A DNA stretch of 64,000 bases from an uncultured Pseudomonadota bacterium. Lineage in GTDB: Bacteria; Pseudomonadota; Gammaproteobacteria; Burkholderiales; Rhodocyclaceae. The notes below the pieces were generated by a model that was not told the DNA's origin, did no database searches, and worked only from the letters and a program-made list of their open reading frames with translations. Where the stretch lies: NCBI GenBank assembly GCA_903951825.1, contig CAJBDJ010000003.1, positions 33,073-97,072 on the forward strand, read 5' to 3'. A program made the translations under genes and the position numbers. Below are positions 9,230-21,602 of this stretch, piece by piece. The stretch's first letter is position 1. Each line of letters starts with the position of its first letter.

Positions 9230-10167
9230 CAGTCGTTTTTGGCCGGACGTTTGCGTTTCGAGCGCAGCCCCTTGTCGTTGCCGTTGTCGCCGTTGCGCGA
9301 ACGGCTCTCGGGCGGCGCCGGCGGCAGCGGATTGCGCGGGTTGAGCACCATCAACTCGCCGAAGTTTTCGACCCCGGCAATCGGCGCACAGAAAATTCGG
9401 GCAAAAGAATAGGCGCTGTCGCGTTCGATATTAATCACTTTGGCTACCGGAAAACCGGACAGATAAACACTGTCGAGACCCGATGTCACCAGCACATCGC
9501 CCACCTGAACGTCGGCATTGGCAGGCATGTAGCGTAATTCGAGCTGGCCGTTGCCGAGGCCGAAAATCACCGAGCGTTGCCCGCTACGAACTACTTGTAC
9601 CGGAACCGCCTGGTCTTTGTCGGTTATCAGCGTGATTTCGGCTGAGAACGGGAAGACCCGGGTCACCTGGCCGACGACCCCGGCGTCGTCAATCGCCGGT
9701 TGCCCGGCGACGATCCCCGATTGCTGGCCTTTGTCGATGATCACCCGGCGAGAAAAAGGGTCGCGGGCGGTGTAGAGAATTTGCGCCACCTGTCCCTGCG
9801 CTTTTTCGCGCTCCTTAACGGTCAGTAGTTTGCGCAGACGCTCGTTTTCTACCTCCATCTGCGCCAGTCGCTGGAGATCCGGTGCGGTGGTCAGTTTGGC
9901 GTGCTTGAGCTCCTTGTTTTCCGCTTCAAGTGCCCGAATCCCTTGCAGATAGCTACCGGCGTAATCGACCAGGCTACCTGGCGTTTGCGCTATGCGCTGC
10001 ACCGGGTCGACGAGCAGGGAAATGCTTTGGCGAACCAGATTGAGACTGTGCATACGCAGATCCACGACAAACAGCGCAACGGAAATGGCGATGTAAAAAG
10101 TCAGCAGGGCCAGCGGTGCTGGCCCTTGCTTGAAGAAAGGCGGCGGGGCGTGGTCGATGCCGGCCAC
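9229..10167 (-). CDS. mreC: rod shape-determining protein MreC
   Basis: 312 aa with an N-terminal TM segment and coiled coil, then beta-rich domains. It lies directly downstream of mreB. Confidence 0.9.
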   Translation of the reverse strand: MAGIDHAPPPFFKQGPAPLALLTFYIAISVALFVVDLRMHSLNLVRQSISLLVDPVQRIAQTPGSLVDYAGSYLQGIRALEAENKELKHAKLTTAPDLQRLAQMEVENERLRKLLTVKEREKAQGQVAQILYTARDPFSRRVIIDKGQQSGIVAGQPAIDDAGVVGQVTRVFPFSAEITLITDKDQAVPVQVVRSGQRSVIFGLGNGQLELRYMPANADVQVGDVLVTSGLDSVYLSGFPVAKVINIERDSAYSFARIFCAPIAGVENFGELMVLNPRNPLPPAPPESRSRNGDNGNDKGLRSKRKRPAKND

Positions 10168-10194
10168 GGTGCGCTAGTTCCCTGACCTCAGGAA

Positions 10195-11283
<1,089 letters not shown>

Positions 11284-11340
11284 TTATAACGCTTTCCATT
11301 TTAAGGCTTTGCGCACCGCAATAAGGCCTTTTTGAGACCT

Positions 11341-11628
11341 ATGTCGCTCACTTTAGAACAGGTTCAACGAATAGCTCACCTCGCCCGTATTGAGATCAGT
11401 GAGGCCGAAGCGCTGACGACCCGGAGCCACCTCAACGGTATTTTCGAGTTGATCGAACAGATGCAGGCAGTTGATACCAAAGGTATCGAGCCGATGGCAC
11501 ATGCCCAGGAGTTGTCTCAGCGATTGCGTCAGGATGTGGTCAGCGAGCCGGATCGGCGGACGGCTTTTCAGGCGATTGCCCCGGAAACCGAAGCCGGGCT
11601 TTATCTTGTGCCGAAAGTCATCGAATGA
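11341..11628 (+). CDS. gatC: Asp/Glu-tRNA amidotransferase subunit C
   Basis: [24 protein letters not shown]... I chose ATG 11341 rather than the TTG at 11332 used by the track. The stop overlaps the gatA start (ATGA). Confidence 0.9.
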   Translation: MSLTLEQVQRIAHLARIEISEAEALTTRSHLNGIFELIEQMQAVDTKGIEPMAHAQELSQRLRQDVVSEPDRRTAFQAIAPETEAGLYLVPKVIE

Positions 11629-13082
11629 TCAATGCCAGCCTCAAACAATTGTCGCAGGCACTGGCCGGCAAGCAGATTTCAAGCGTCGAGTTGACCCAAT
11701 TGTTCCTTGAACGCATTGAGCGTCTGAATCCCTTGTTCAATGCCTTTATTACGGTTGATGCCGAAAAAAGCCTGGCTGCGGCGCGTTCTGCCGATGCGCG
11801 GATTGCCGCCGGCGATGGCGGTTTATTGACGGGTATTCCGATCGCTCAAAAAGACATATTTTGTGCCGAGGGCTGGCCGACTACCTGTGGCTCGAAAATG
11901 CTCGCCAATTTCGTTGCGCCTTACGATGCAACTGTGATTCGCAAGATGGAGCGTGACAGCGGTCTGGTCTCGCTCGGAAAAACCAACATGGACGAGTTTG
12001 CCATGGGGTCGTCGAATGAAACGTCGTTCTTCGGCCCGGTGCGTAATCCCTGGGATAGCGAGCGCGTACCCGGCGGCTCTTCCGGGGGGTCGGCGGCGGC
12101 GGTGGCAGCGCGTTTGGCGCCGGCAGCAACCGGCACCGATACCGGGGGTTCGATCCGCCAGCCGGCGGCGCTGTGCAATCTGACCGGCCTCAAACCGACC
12201 TACGGCGTGGTTTCACGTTACGGGATGATTGCTTTTGCTTCTTCGCTCGATCAAGCTGGACCGATGGCCGCCAGCGCCGAGGATTGTGCGCTGCTGCTCA
12301 ATAGCATGGCCGGTTTTGACGAACGCGACTCAACGTCGCTCGAGCGTCCGCCGGAGGATTATTCGCGTGACCTGGAACAACCCCTGAACGGGCTGCGCAT
12401 CGGTCTGCCGAAAGAGTTTTTTGGTCCTGGTTGTGCGGCCGAGGTGATGGCTGCGGTGCAGCTTGCACTTGCCGAGTATAAAAAGCTCGGGGCGACGTTG
12501 GTCGACGTATCCTTGCCCAATTCCCACCTTTCGGTTCCGGCTTATTACGTCATCGCCCCGGCTGAGGCCAGTTCCAACCTGTCGCGTTTCGATGGCGTGC
12601 GTTACGGCTTCCGCGCCGCGGATTACGGCAATCTCGACGAGATGTACATGAAAACCCGGGCTCAGGGCTTCGGTGCTGAGGTCAAGCGACGCATCATGAT
12701 CGGCGCTTATGTGCTGTCGCATGGTTATTACGATGCTTATTACCTGCAGGCGCAGCGGATTCGTCGCCTGATCGCCAACGATTTCGTCGAGGCATTCAAG
12801 CACTGTGACGTGATCATCGGCCCGACCTCGCCATCGACGGCCTTCAAGCTGGGCGAGAAAGCTGCTGATCCGGTGCAAATGTATTTGTCGGACATTTACA
12901 CCATTGCCGTCAATCTGGCCGGCTTGCCGGGGATGTCCCTGCCTTGCGGCTTCGTTGGCGGCTTGCCGGTTGGCCTCCAGCTGATCGGCAACTATTTCGC
13001 CGAAGGGCAACTGCTCAACGTCGCGCACCAGTATCAGCAAGTGAGCGCCTGGCACCAGCAACGGCCGGCAGGACTGGCCTGA
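11625..13082 (+). CDS. gatA: Asp/Glu-tRNA amidotransferase subunit A
   Basis: 485 aa with the amidase signature [12 protein letters not shown]. Confidence 0.97.
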   Translation: MINASLKQLSQALAGKQISSVELTQLFLERIERLNPLFNAFITVDAEKSLAAARSADARIAAGDGGLLTGIPIAQKDIFCAEGWPTTCGSKMLANFVAPYDATVIRKMERDSGLVSLGKTNMDEFAMGSSNETSFFGPVRNPWDSERVPGGSSGGSAAAVAARLAPAATGTDTGGSIRQPAALCNLTGLKPTYGVVSRYGMIAFASSLDQAGPMAASAEDCALLLNSMAGFDERDSTSLERPPEDYSRDLEQPLNGLRIGLPKEFFGPGCAAEVMAAVQLALAEYKKLGATLVDVSLPNSHLSVPAYYVIAPAEASSNLSRFDGVRYGFRAADYGNLDEMYMKTRAQGFGAEVKRRIMIGAYVLSHGYYDAYYLQAQRIRRLIANDFVEAFKHCDVIIGPTSPSTAFKLGEKAADPVQMYLSDIYTIAVNLAGLPGMSLPCGFVGGLPVGLQLIGNYFAEGQLLNVAHQYQQVSAWHQQRPAGLA

Positions 13083-13615
13083 TGATGCGTCGCCTGTGGG
13101 TTGGAGCGGCAATTTCCTTGCTGGCCGCCTGTGCCCCGGTTGAGAGGGCGCCGGCGCCGGTGTTGGTGCCGGCAGAAAAAGTCGAGGAAGCTCCGCTTGC
13201 CGAATCTCCCAAGTTCAAGTCGGACACCCTGAGGTACTTGTCAAAACGCATGATCAAGCCGCAGCCAACGCGCCCGCTGAACGTTCGTTCGAACTGCTCG
13301 CACAAAGACGACATTGGCACGGTGACCAAGCTGGATTTGCTGGTCAAGGATGCCGAAGTCAAAACCTTTTCGGCACAGGTGACGATGAAAGGTTACGGTA
13401 CTTGCCGCTTTAACCTGAAAGATTTCGAGCAGGCAGAAAAGCTGCCGCAAGCCTTGCTCAAGCACAAAAGCGAAACCGCTTGTTCGGTGCGCATGTGGGA
13501 ACAAGGCAGCAAAGTCACGATTGCTTTCAATAGTTGCCCCAAATCCTGCGACGGTGATGCTTTCAGCTATCTCTGGCCGATCATGCTGGAAAACCCGTCG
13601 GGGCGTTGTTTCTGA
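13082..13615 (+). CDS. Cys-rich lipoprotein of unknown function inserted between gatA and gatB
   Basis: The internal ATG at 13082 (TGATG overlap with the gatA stop) gives [19 protein letters not shown], a lipobox. The upstream part of ORF 12944..13615 overlaps gatA out of frame. Confidence 0.6.
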   Translation: MMRRLWVGAAISLLAACAPVERAPAPVLVPAEKVEEAPLAESPKFKSDTLRYLSKRMIKPQPTRPLNVRSNCSHKDDIGTVTKLDLLVKDAEVKTFSAQVTMKGYGTCRFNLKDFEQAEKLPQALLKHKSETACSVRMWEQGSKVTIAFNSCPKSCDGDAFSYLWPIMLENPSGRCF

Positions 13616-13627
13616 ACGGATGAAATT

Positions 13628-15082
13628 ATGAATCAATGGGAAGTGGTGATCGGCATCGAAACGCACGCGCAGTTAGCCTCGGTTTCGAAGATTTTCTCCG
13701 GCGCAGCGACAGCTTTCGGTGCCTCGCCGAACACCCAGGCGTGTGCGGTCGATCTCGCCTTGCCCGGCGTTTTGCCGGTGCTGAATAAAAAGGCCGTCGA
13801 GTGCGCGATGCGCTTTGGTCTCGCGATTGGCGCCGAAGTCGCCAAGAAATCGGTTTTTGCCCGCAAAAACTACTTTTACCCCGATTTGCCCAAGGGTTAC
13901 CAGATCAGTCAGATGGATCTACCGGTGGTGGTTGGCGGAGCGATTGCCGTCGTTGTCGGACAAGGCGACAAGGCCTACGAAAAGGTCGTGCACCTGACGC
14001 GCGCGCATCTTGAAGAAGATGCCGGCAAGTCCTTGCACGAGGATTTCCATGGCAAGTCCGGTATCGACCTCAATCGGGCTGGCACTCCCTTGCTCGAAAT
14101 CGTCACCGAACCCGACATGCGCTCATCGGATGAAGCCGTTGCCTATGTCCGGTCGCTGCACGCCTTGGTGCGCTGGATCGGCATTTGTGACGGCAACATG
14201 CAGGAAGGCTCTTTTCGTTGCGATGCCAATGTCTCGGTGCGTCCCATCGGACAAGCGGCGCTGGGAACGCGGCGTGAAATCAAGAACCTCAATTCCTTTC
14301 GTTTTCTCAAGGAAGCCATTGACTTCGAAATTCAGTGGCAGATCAACGAAATCGAGGAGGGCCGCAAAATTCAGCAGGCGACCGTTCTGTTCGACCCGGA
14401 TCAGGGAGTCACCCGCGTCATGCGAACCAAGGAAGATGCCCATGATTACCGCTATTTTCCCGACCCCGACCTCCTGCCACTGGTGATTTCCGATGACTGG
14501 CTGGCCAGCGTCAAGGGTCAGATGCCCGAGCTACCGACGCAAAAGCGCGCGCGTTTCATCGGTGACTTTGGTTTGACCGCTTATGACGCTACCGCCCTCA
14601 CCGCCAGTCAGGAAATGGCTGCCTATTTCGAGTCGACCGTCAGTATTGCCGGCAAGGCCAACGCCAAGACGTGTGCCAACTGGGTTATGGTCGACCTCGC
14701 CGCGCGTCTCAACAAGGAAGATCAGGAAATCGCCCAGTCACCGGTTTCAGCCACCCAGCTGGCAGCTTTGATTCAGCGGATTGCCGACAAGACGATTTCC
14801 AACAGCATCGCCAAGAGAGTCTTCGAGGCGCTATGGAGCGGCGAAGGCGCCAGCGCAGATCAAATCATCGAGCAGCAGGGGTTGCAGCAGATTACCGATA
14901 GCGGCGCCATCGAGTTACTGGTTGATCAGGTGCTGGCGGCCAATCCGGCGAATGTCGCCGAGTTCAGGGCGGGCAAGGAAAAAGCCTTCAATGCCTTGGT
15001 TGGGCAGGTGATGAAAGCCGCCAAAGGCAAGGCCAACCCGCAGCAAGTCAATGAGCTGCTGCGGCAGAAACTGCTGTCCTGA
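13628..15082 (+). CDS. gatB: Asp/Glu-tRNA amidotransferase subunit B
   Basis: 484 aa. [16 protein letters not shown]... is a canonical GatB N-terminus, and the C-terminus has a YqeY-like tail. Confidence 0.97.
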   Translation: MNQWEVVIGIETHAQLASVSKIFSGAATAFGASPNTQACAVDLALPGVLPVLNKKAVECAMRFGLAIGAEVAKKSVFARKNYFYPDLPKGYQISQMDLPVVVGGAIAVVVGQGDKAYEKVVHLTRAHLEEDAGKSLHEDFHGKSGIDLNRAGTPLLEIVTEPDMRSSDEAVAYVRSLHALVRWIGICDGNMQEGSFRCDANVSVRPIGQAALGTRREIKNLNSFRFLKEAIDFEIQWQINEIEEGRKIQQATVLFDPDQGVTRVMRTKEDAHDYRYFPDPDLLPLVISDDWLASVKGQMPELPTQKRARFIGDFGLTAYDATALTASQEMAAYFESTVSIAGKANAKTCANWVMVDLAARLNKEDQEIAQSPVSATQLAALIQRIADKTISNSIAKRVFEALWSGEGASADQIIEQQGLQQITDSGAIELLVDQVLAANPANVAEFRAGKEKAFNALVGQVMKAAKGKANPQQVNELLRQKLLS

Positions 15083-15712
15083 TCAACGTGCCTGGCGGCG
15101 GCCGGGCTTGTTGATGATTTCCAGGTAACGTTTGCGTTCTTCGTCGAATTTGCTGGTCATCGCTTGAAATTCGCGCTGTTTGGCGGCGCGTGTCTCGGCC
15201 AGCAGCTTGAGATTGAAATCGGTATCGCGCAGCCCTTTGGCAACCTCCGGCGGCATGGCGTGCTTTTTGTAGAACTCGGCCTCACGCTCGAATTTTTTGC
15301 GCTGCTCATTGATCACTTGAATTTGTGCATCGGTTGCTTCGATCGAGCGCTGCAAGTTGATTTCTGCCTGCTTTTGCGCCAGATCGATATCGCCAAGGCT
15401 GCTGTAGGTTTCGAGCAGAGCCTGATCTTTGAGTCGCTGCTGGCGAATCAGTTGTTCTTGTTCCTGGCGGCGCTTTTCAAGCAACAAGGCTTCTTTTTTT
15501 TGCTCAGGGGTCAGCGGCGGACCGACTTCCTTGACGACATTGCCGCTTCCATCAATGATCTGGTAGGCCTTGGCGCGACAAATTTCCGGCAGGGTATCGC
15601 CGCAGGCACGCCGGCCATTGGCATCCTGGCAGCAGAAAAATTCACTGCCGGCCTGTGCCGGGATGCTTGCCAACAGCAGACAGAAAATTGTCAGATGCCT
15701 AGCCGTTAACAC
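15083..15712 (-). CDS. secreted coiled-coil protein (DUF4124-like)
   Basis: Signal peptide [11 protein letters not shown], a Cys-rich N-terminal region, then a long charged coiled coil. The GTG start overlaps the end of pyrE. The stop abuts the gatB stop with zero gap. Confidence 0.55.
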   Translation of the reverse strand: MLTARHLTIFCLLLASIPAQAGSEFFCCQDANGRRACGDTLPEICRAKAYQIIDGSGNVVKEVGPPLTPEQKKEALLLEKRRQEQEQLIRQQRLKDQALLETYSSLGDIDLAQKQAEINLQRSIEATDAQIQVINEQRKKFEREAEFYKKHAMPPEVAKGLRDTDFNLKLLAETRAAKQREFQAMTSKFDEERKRYLEIINKPGRRQAR

Positions 15713-16340
15713 CGTATTGGGCTCGATAACTGGCGATGGCGGTGCGATGAGCCGCGAATTCCGGGTGATGCTCGATAAAAGTCATCAAATCAGCAAGGCC
15801 GGCGACGGCAATCACCGGGATGTCGTAGTCGCGCCGCACCTCCTGCACTGCTGACAGCTCGCCGAGACCGCGTTCCTGGCGGTCGAGGGCGATCAGCACG
15901 CCAGCCGGAGTGGCGCCGGCGGCGCGAATCAGGTCGACCGATTCGCGTACCGAGGTGCCGGCTGAAATGACGTCATCGACAATCAGAACGCGCCCGCTGA
16001 GTGGCGTGCCAACAATGCTGCCACCTTCGCCATGATCCTTGGCTTCTTTGCGGTTGTAGGCAAACGGAAAATTCCGGCCGCGCTGTGCAAGCGTAACGGC
16101 CATCGCCGCGACCAAGGGAATGCCCTTGTAGGCGGGGCCGAACAGCATGTCGAAAGGGACGCCGCCGGCTTCGGCGGCTTTGGCGTAAAATTTGGCAAGT
16201 CGGCCAAGCGAATCGCCGTCGTTGAACAGGCCGGCGTTGAAAAAATAAGGCGACAAGCGTCCCGCCTTGGTGGTGAATTCGCCAAAGCGCAATACCTTGC
16301 AGCCCAACGCGAATTCGATGAAGTCCTGACGAAAGTCCAT
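15699..16340 (-). CDS. pyrE: orotate phosphoribosyltransferase
   Basis: 213 aa with the PRPP-binding loop [13 protein letters not shown]. Confidence 0.95.
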   Translation of the reverse strand: MDFRQDFIEFALGCKVLRFGEFTTKAGRLSPYFFNAGLFNDGDSLGRLAKFYAKAAEAGGVPFDMLFGPAYKGIPLVAAMAVTLAQRGRNFPFAYNRKEAKDHGEGGSIVGTPLSGRVLIVDDVISAGTSVRESVDLIRAAGATPAGVLIALDRQERGLGELSAVQEVRRDYDIPVIAVAGLADLMTFIEHHPEFAAHRTAIASYRAQYGVNG

Positions 16341-16385
16341 GTTTCCCCGATTGAAAGTTCGCCAGGTGGCGGAAGAAACCTCAGC

Positions 16386-17171
16386 ATGTTACGCATCATC
16401 TCACTGAATCTCAATGGTATCCGCTCGGCCTGGAACAAAAGCGTGCTGCCTTGGGCGGTTACACAAAATGCCGATGTGTTTGCCCTGCAGGAGCTCAAGG
16501 CGCAGCTGTCTGATTTGAGCGCCGAGATGCTGGCACCGGGCGGCATGTCAGCTGCTTATCATGTGGCCGAAAAAAAAGGCTACAGCGGTGTTGGCTTGTG
16601 GAGCCGGAAATGCCCGCAAAACATTATCGAGGGCTTTGATGGTGGCGAATTTGATGCGGAAGGTCGCTTCATTCGTGCTGATTTTGGCAATCTGTCGGTC
16701 ATCTCCCTTTATCTGCCCTCGGGTTCATCTTCGCCGGAACGTCAGGCCGCCAAATTTCGTTTTCTGGATATATTTTTTCCAAAAATGCAGGCCTTGCGCG
16801 CCGAAGGCCGCGAAATTGTTCTCTGCGGCGACTGGAATGTCGCACATCAGCCGGCAGATCTGAAAAACTGGAAATCAAACCAGAAAAACTCGGGATTTCT
16901 TCCCTCGGAGCGGGCATGGCTGAGCCGGGTTTTTGATGAATTGGGCTGGGTTGATGTCTATCGGCGCCTGCATCCGGAGGCAACCACCGATTGCTACACT
17001 TGGTGGAGCAATCGCGGGCAGGCGTGGGCGAAGAACGTCGGTTGGCGTATCGATTACCAGATCGCCACCCCCGGGATCGCCGCAACGGCGGTCGCCGCGA
17101 GTGTTTACAAGGCGGCACGCTTCTCCGATCACGCACCCCTGATCATTGACTACGATTGGCCACTTCTTTGA
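16386..17171 (+). CDS. xth: exodeoxyribonuclease III
   Basis: The internal ATG 16386 of ORF 16032..17171 gives [15 protein letters not shown]...; the C-terminus carries SDHAPL. The upstream 118 codons are antisense to pyrE. Confidence 0.93.
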   Translation: MLRIISLNLNGIRSAWNKSVLPWAVTQNADVFALQELKAQLSDLSAEMLAPGGMSAAYHVAEKKGYSGVGLWSRKCPQNIIEGFDGGEFDAEGRFIRADFGNLSVISLYLPSGSSSPERQAAKFRFLDIFFPKMQALRAEGREIVLCGDWNVAHQPADLKNWKSNQKNSGFLPSERAWLSRVFDELGWVDVYRRLHPEATTDCYTWWSNRGQAWAKNVGWRIDYQIATPGIAATAVAASVYKAARFSDHAPLIIDYDWPLL

Positions 17172-17242
17172 TGCACGTTGATTTCGCGGCGCGGACGGGC
17201 TAACCTGCGCCTTTCGCATAACTGTTGATTGAGAGGTTGAAT

Positions 17243-17557
17243 ATGTCTGACGAAGCAGCTGTTGCCAACAAACAAAAACTGGTTTCCGACCTCAAGGTCG
17301 TCATCTCCGATACCGAAGAATTGCTGCGTGCAACCGCAGGCTCTGCTGGCGACAAGGTGGGCGAGTTGCGCGAGCGCATCGGTTTGCGTCTGCGCGATGC
17401 CAAAGAGCGCCTGATTGATCTGGAAGTGGCCGTTGTTGACAAGACCAAGGCCGCTGCCCGGGCGACCGATGATTTCGTTCATGAAGAGCCATGGAAGGCA
17501 GTGGGTGTTGCCGCCGCACTTGGTCTTGCCCTCGGTGTATTGATCGGTCGTCGCTAG
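17243..17557 (+). CDS. ElaB/YqjD-family (DUF883) membrane-anchored protein
   Basis: MSDEAAVANKQKLVSDLKVVISDTEELLR...EEPWKAVGVAAALGLALGVLIGRR, with a C-terminal TM anchor. GAGAGG lies before ATG 17243. Confidence 0.8.
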   Translation: MSDEAAVANKQKLVSDLKVVISDTEELLRATAGSAGDKVGELRERIGLRLRDAKERLIDLEVAVVDKTKAAARATDDFVHEEPWKAVGVAAALGLALGVLIGRR

Positions 17558-17560
17558 TCA

Positions 17561-17968
17561 ATGACGGTTGAAGCCGGCAGCAAAAGTGGTCGCCAAGGCC
17601 TCTTTGCTTCCCTCAAAAATCTCCTTGCGACAAGCATCGCGATTGGCAAGGCGCGTGCCGAGCTTCTCGTTACCGAAATCGAGGAAGAGAAGTATCGCCT
17701 GATTTCGCTTTGGGGCAAGGCGATCGGCGCGGCGCTATTGCTCACCCTTGGCCTGATCATGGCGGTGCTGTGTCTGGCGTTCATGTTCTGGGAACAGCGG
17801 GTGATTGTTTTTGGCGTCTTTGCCATAATTTTTGGGGTTGCCGGCTTTTGGTTGATCGGCTCGCTGCGTCGCCAAGCGGCGCAGCCGAGCAAGTTGTTCC
17901 GCGCCAGTTTGGCCGAGCTTGAAGAAGACATCGCTCACCTGAGGCGCCGGGATTCACGGTCGGCATGA
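17561..17968 (+). CDS. YqjE-like (phage holin family, DUF1469) membrane protein
   Basis: 135 aa with two TM segments. It follows the DUF883 gene, as in the E. coli yqjD-yqjE-yqjK arrangement. Confidence 0.7.
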   Translation: MTVEAGSKSGRQGLFASLKNLLATSIAIGKARAELLVTEIEEEKYRLISLWGKAIGAALLLTLGLIMAVLCLAFMFWEQRVIVFGVFAIIFGVAGFWLIGSLRRQAAQPSKLFRASLAELEEDIAHLRRRDSRSA

Positions 17969-18258
17969 ACTCCCGCCTGCTTGATCTGGCGACCCGTCAT
18001 GGCGCGCTGAAGGCTCGCATCGACGCCCAGCGATTGCGTTTGGCGCAGGATGCCGAGCCGCTCGCCCGGGTTTTGGCCGGCGCAGACAAAGCTTGCGCCG
18101 GAGTGGACTGGTTGAAGCAACACCCGGCGGTGGTCGGTGCCGGTGTGGCTGTACTCGTCGTTGCCAGGCCAAAACGCGCCTGGCGCTGGGCGACGCGTGC
18201 CTGGGTCGCCTGGCGTGGTTGGACGAGCCTCAAAAACAGTCTCGAAAAAGTGGGGTGA
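17965..18258 (+). CDS. YqjK-like protein
   Basis: 97 aa with a 4-nt start overlap onto the preceding gene. The assignment rests on position and size. Confidence 0.5.
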   Translation: MNSRLLDLATRHGALKARIDAQRLRLAQDAEPLARVLAGADKACAGVDWLKQHPAVVGAGVAVLVVARPKRAWRWATRAWVAWRGWTSLKNSLEKVG

Positions 18259-18260
18259 CT

Positions 18261-18569
18261 GTGGCCGAATCACCTGTCGTCTCCGGGCGACTTCCGGGTT
18301 GGTGGCGGCAGCTGGTATTTTCCCAGCGGCGGGAGATCGGCCGGGTTTTGCGCGAACTGGCCTTGGCACGCGGCATCATGCCCTTATTGATGAAGGCCCG
18401 TAACGGCGGGCAGTGGACGCCGGCCGAGAAAGAAGAGGCGCTTGGGCACTTGCGCAACATGGCGCATCTTTCACCTTATTTGATCGCCTTGCTGCTGCCG
18501 GGCTCAATTTTCCTGCTGCCGATTTACGCCTGGTGGCTGGATCGCCGGCGCCTCAAGCGAGGCGAGTAG
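18261..18569 (+). CDS. hypothetical small membrane protein
   Basis: GTG 18261 lies just after the previous stop. The C-terminus LSPYLIALLLPGSIFLLPIYAWWLDRRR is a TM segment. The start is uncertain; GTG 18255 is an alternative. Confidence 0.4.
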   Translation: MAESPVVSGRLPGWWRQLVFSQRREIGRVLRELALARGIMPLLMKARNGGQWTPAEKEEALGHLRNMAHLSPYLIALLLPGSIFLLPIYAWWLDRRRLKRGE

Positions 18570-19821
18570 CATCCTCGGCGCGTACCTTCCACGGCGCGAC
18601 CTTAAGCAATAAAAACATGCCGGGAAGCGCCAGTGCGGCGCAAAGCCAGAAGAAGTTTATCCATCCTAGACTCTCGACCAGCCAGCCAGCCGAGGCGTTG
18701 ATGAAGGTACGCGGCACGGCGGCCAAACTGGTGAATAAAGCCATCTGCGTTGCCGTGTAGGCCGGGTGCGTCGAGCGCGCGATGAAGGCGACAAAAGCCG
18801 CCGTGCCGAGCCCGACCCCCAAGGCTTCAAGGCCAATGACGAAAGCCAGCGCCAAACGCTCGTTGAGGCCGATATGGGTGAAATGCCCCTGCCAGGCGAG
18901 CCAGGCAAAGCCGAAAATCGACACCAGCTGGACGATGCCAAACAGCCATAAAGCGCGGTTGATGCCGAGTTTGACCATCCATAGCCCGCCGAGCATGGCG
19001 CCGAAGACTGCCGGCCAGAGTCCGGCGTGTTTGGCAATCAGGCCGATGTCGGTCTTGGTAAACCCCATGTCGAGATAAAAGGGCGTCGCCAGGGCGGTGC
19101 ACAGGCTGTCGCCAAGTTTGTAAAGGAAGATAAATGCAAGCACCATCAAGGCGCCACGCCAGCCTTGCCGGCCGAGGAATTCGGTGAATGGTTCGCTCAC
19201 CGCCTGGCGCAGGGTTTTGGGGGCGCCCTTGACCAGCGGCTCGCTGACCAGCCAGGCCATGACCATGCCGGGAATCATGAAAGCACCGGTGATCCAGAAG
19301 ACGTCGCTCCACGGCAGCCGATCAGCCAGAATCAGCGAGAGCGACCCCGGCACGAGGCCGGCGATGCGATAGGCGTTGACGTGCACGGCGTTGCCGATAC
19401 CCAGTTCGGCATCGTTCAAAATCTCGCGCCGGAAGGCGTCGACGGCAATATCCTGGGTTGCCGAGAGCAGCGAGAGCAAGGTGGCCAGCCACAGGATCGG
19501 CCAGATGTTGTCTTGCGGGCTGAGGTTTCCCAGCGAGCCAATGACGAACAGGAGGCCAATTTGCGTGATCAGCATCCAGCCGCGCCGGCGTCCAAAGCCG
19601 GGGATGTTGAAGCGGTCGAGCAGCGGCGACCAGAGGAATTTCCAGGTGTAGGGAAACTGGATCAGGGCGAAGAAGCCGATCGTTTTGAGATCGACCCCCT
19701 CGCTGCGCAGCCACGCCGGCAGCAGATTGAGCAACAGGTAAAGCGGCAGTCCCGAGCTGAAGCCGGTGAAGATGCAGATCAGCATCTTGCGCGTCATCAA
19801 GGTGGCAAGCCAGGCCGGCAT
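18553..19821 (-). CDS. ampG: AmpG-family muropeptide MFS permease
   Basis: 422 aa. ...FSSGLPLYLLLNLLPAWLRSEGVDLKTIGFF...WSPLLDRF is typical of AmpG. Confidence 0.9.
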   Translation of the reverse strand: MPAWLATLMTRKMLICIFTGFSSGLPLYLLLNLLPAWLRSEGVDLKTIGFFALIQFPYTWKFLWSPLLDRFNIPGFGRRRGWMLITQIGLLFVIGSLGNLSPQDNIWPILWLATLLSLLSATQDIAVDAFRREILNDAELGIGNAVHVNAYRIAGLVPGSLSLILADRLPWSDVFWITGAFMIPGMVMAWLVSEPLVKGAPKTLRQAVSEPFTEFLGRQGWRGALMVLAFIFLYKLGDSLCTALATPFYLDMGFTKTDIGLIAKHAGLWPAVFGAMLGGLWMVKLGINRALWLFGIVQLVSIFGFAWLAWQGHFTHIGLNERLALAFVIGLEALGVGLGTAAFVAFIARSTHPAYTATQMALFTSLAAVPRTFINASAGWLVESLGWINFFWLCAALALPGMFLLLKVAPWKVRAEDATRLA

Positions 19822-20432
19822 CAGCGGTTCTGCGTCAGGCGATAGACGGCGAGGCTGCCGAGGAAGCTGATTTCCCGTTTGTTTTGGCCGGCGACGATGT
19901 TGCCTGCTTCGTCCAGCACATGGCGCTCACGAATGATCAGCCCCATTTTGCTGCACAAGTCCTCGAAATCGAGCAAAGTGAAAAAGCGTACGTTCGGCGA
20001 GTCATACCATTGATAAGGCAGATCTTCCGAAACCGGCATCCGCCCGTCGAGCACGGCACGCAGATTCTTGTGATAGGCAAAATTAGGGAAGGAAACGACG
20101 GCCTCGCGGCCGATACGCAGCATTTCACGCAGAATGCCTTCGGTATGGCGCACGGTTTGCAGCGTGCGCGACAAAACCACATGGTCGAATGCCTGATCGG
20201 CAAACTCGTCGAGTCCGCGCTCAAGATTGCCCTGAATGACGTTGATGCCGTTGCGGATTGCCGCCAGGATGTTGGCGTCGTCGATTTCGACGCCCACACC
20301 GTGCACGCCGCGTGCGTCGATCAGGTGGCGTAACAGGCTGCCATCGCCGCAGCCAAGGTCGAGGACGCGATGGCCGGGTTCGATCCAGCCGGCGATCAGT
20401 TCAAAGTCGGGGCGTCCGAGCGTGTGCGTCAT
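19821..20432 (-). CDS. metW: methionine biosynthesis protein MetW
   Basis: 203 aa methyltransferase-like protein (VLDLGCGDG) immediately downstream of metX with a 4-nt overlap. Confidence 0.9.
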   Translation of the reverse strand: MTHTLGRPDFELIAGWIEPGHRVLDLGCGDGSLLRHLIDARGVHGVGVEIDDANILAAIRNGINVIQGNLERGLDEFADQAFDHVVLSRTLQTVRHTEGILREMLRIGREAVVSFPNFAYHKNLRAVLDGRMPVSEDLPYQWYDSPNVRFFTLLDFEDLCSKMGLIIRERHVLDEAGNIVAGQNKREISFLGSLAVYRLTQNR

Positions 20433-21553
20433 AGTTTGATATTCCGCAGGAAGGCGTCGACGACGGCGTGGTAATGCGCGTCAGCCATCAAAAAGGAGTC
20501 ATGGCCGAAATTGAGATTGATTTCCGCGTAGGAAACATTGCGTCCGCTGGCCAGCAGGGCGGCGACCATTTCTTTTGAGCGCGCCGGCGTGAAGCGCCAG
20601 TCGGTGGTGAACGAGGCAATCAGAAAACTGGCTTGGCTGCGTGCCATGGTCGCCGTCAAATTGCCGTTGTCTTCGCGCGCGGGATCGAAATAGTCGAGTG
20701 CCTTGGTCATCAGCAAATAGGTATTGGCGTCGAAATGGCTGGCGAACTTGTCGCCCTGATAGCGCAAATATGATTCGACTTCGAATTCAACGCCGAAACC
20801 GTACGAGAAGCTGTCGTTGCGCAAGTCGCGGCCGAATTTTTCACCCATCTGGTCATCCGAAAGATAGGTGATGTGGCCGAGCATGCGTGCCAGCCGCAGG
20901 CCACGCGAGGGACGCGTGTTGTGCTCGTAATAGTGGCCGCCGTGGAAATCGGGATCAGTCAGGATGGCCTGGCGGGCAACGTCGTTGAAGGCGATGTTTT
21001 GCGCCGACAACTTAGGCGCGGCGGCAATCACAATCGCATTGCGCACGCGCTCCGGGTAGGTGACGCTCCAGCGCAGCGCCTGCATCCCGCCGAGACTACC
21101 GCCCATGACGGCAGCCCAGGAGTCGATGCCGAGCCGGTCGGCCAGGCGGGCTTGCGCATGAACCCAGTCGACGACAGCAACCATCGGGAAATCGGCGCCC
21201 CACAATTTGCCGGTGGCCGGGTTGGGCGATGAGGGGCCGGTCGAACCGTGGCAGCCACCGAGATTGTTGAGGCCGACGATAAAAAACCGGTCGGTATCAA
21301 GCGGTCGGCCGGGGCCGATGATGTTGTCCCACCAGCCGAGGTTTTCGGGATCGTCGGCGTAGTGGCCGGCGACATGGTGGTGGCCGGAGAGGGCGTGGCA
21401 AACGAGGATGGCGTTGGATTTGGCAGCATTCAAGGTGCCGTAGGTTTCATAAACCAGATCGTAGGCAGGCAAGATGCCGCCGCTGCGCAAGTTCAAGGGC
21501 TGGTCGAAATGGGCGCGTTGTGCTTTGACGACGCCGACGGATTGTCCTGGCAT
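20429..21553 (-). CDS. metX: homoserine O-acyltransferase MetX
   Basis: 374 aa alpha/beta hydrolase with [10 protein letters not shown] and ...[15 protein letters not shown]... Confidence 0.95.
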   Translation of the reverse strand: MPGQSVGVVKAQRAHFDQPLNLRSGGILPAYDLVYETYGTLNAAKSNAILVCHALSGHHHVAGHYADDPENLGWWDNIIGPGRPLDTDRFFIVGLNNLGGCHGSTGPSSPNPATGKLWGADFPMVAVVDWVHAQARLADRLGIDSWAAVMGGSLGGMQALRWSVTYPERVRNAIVIAAAPKLSAQNIAFNDVARQAILTDPDFHGGHYYEHNTRPSRGLRLARMLGHITYLSDDQMGEKFGRDLRNDSFSYGFGVEFEVESYLRYQGDKFASHFDANTYLLMTKALDYFDPAREDNGNLTATMARSQASFLIASFTTDWRFTPARSKEMVAALLASGRNVSYAEINLNFGHDSFLMADAHYHAVVDAFLRNIKL

Positions 21554-21563
21554 GGTGTTCCTG

Positions 21564-21602
21564 AAAACGAAAAGCCCAGTTGGCCGAAAAACGCGAACTG
21601 GG
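21564..21602 (-). promoter_or_regulatory. terminator-like hairpin inside the metX 5' leader (candidate attenuator or riboswitch expression platform)
   Basis: The minus strand reads CCCAGTT-cgcgtttttcggcc-AACTGGG followed by CTTTTCGTTTT, about 10 nt before the metX ATG. No minus-strand gene lies upstream for it to terminate. Confidence 0.4.

Noticed and set aside
15080-15085. Zero-gap convergent stop codons (TGATCA) of gatB and the DUF4124-like gene, and similar 3'-3' overlaps at 4670-4673, 18553-18569 and 24755-24760
   Set aside because: These are real but ordinary in compact GC-rich genomes, and there is no additional structure to report.
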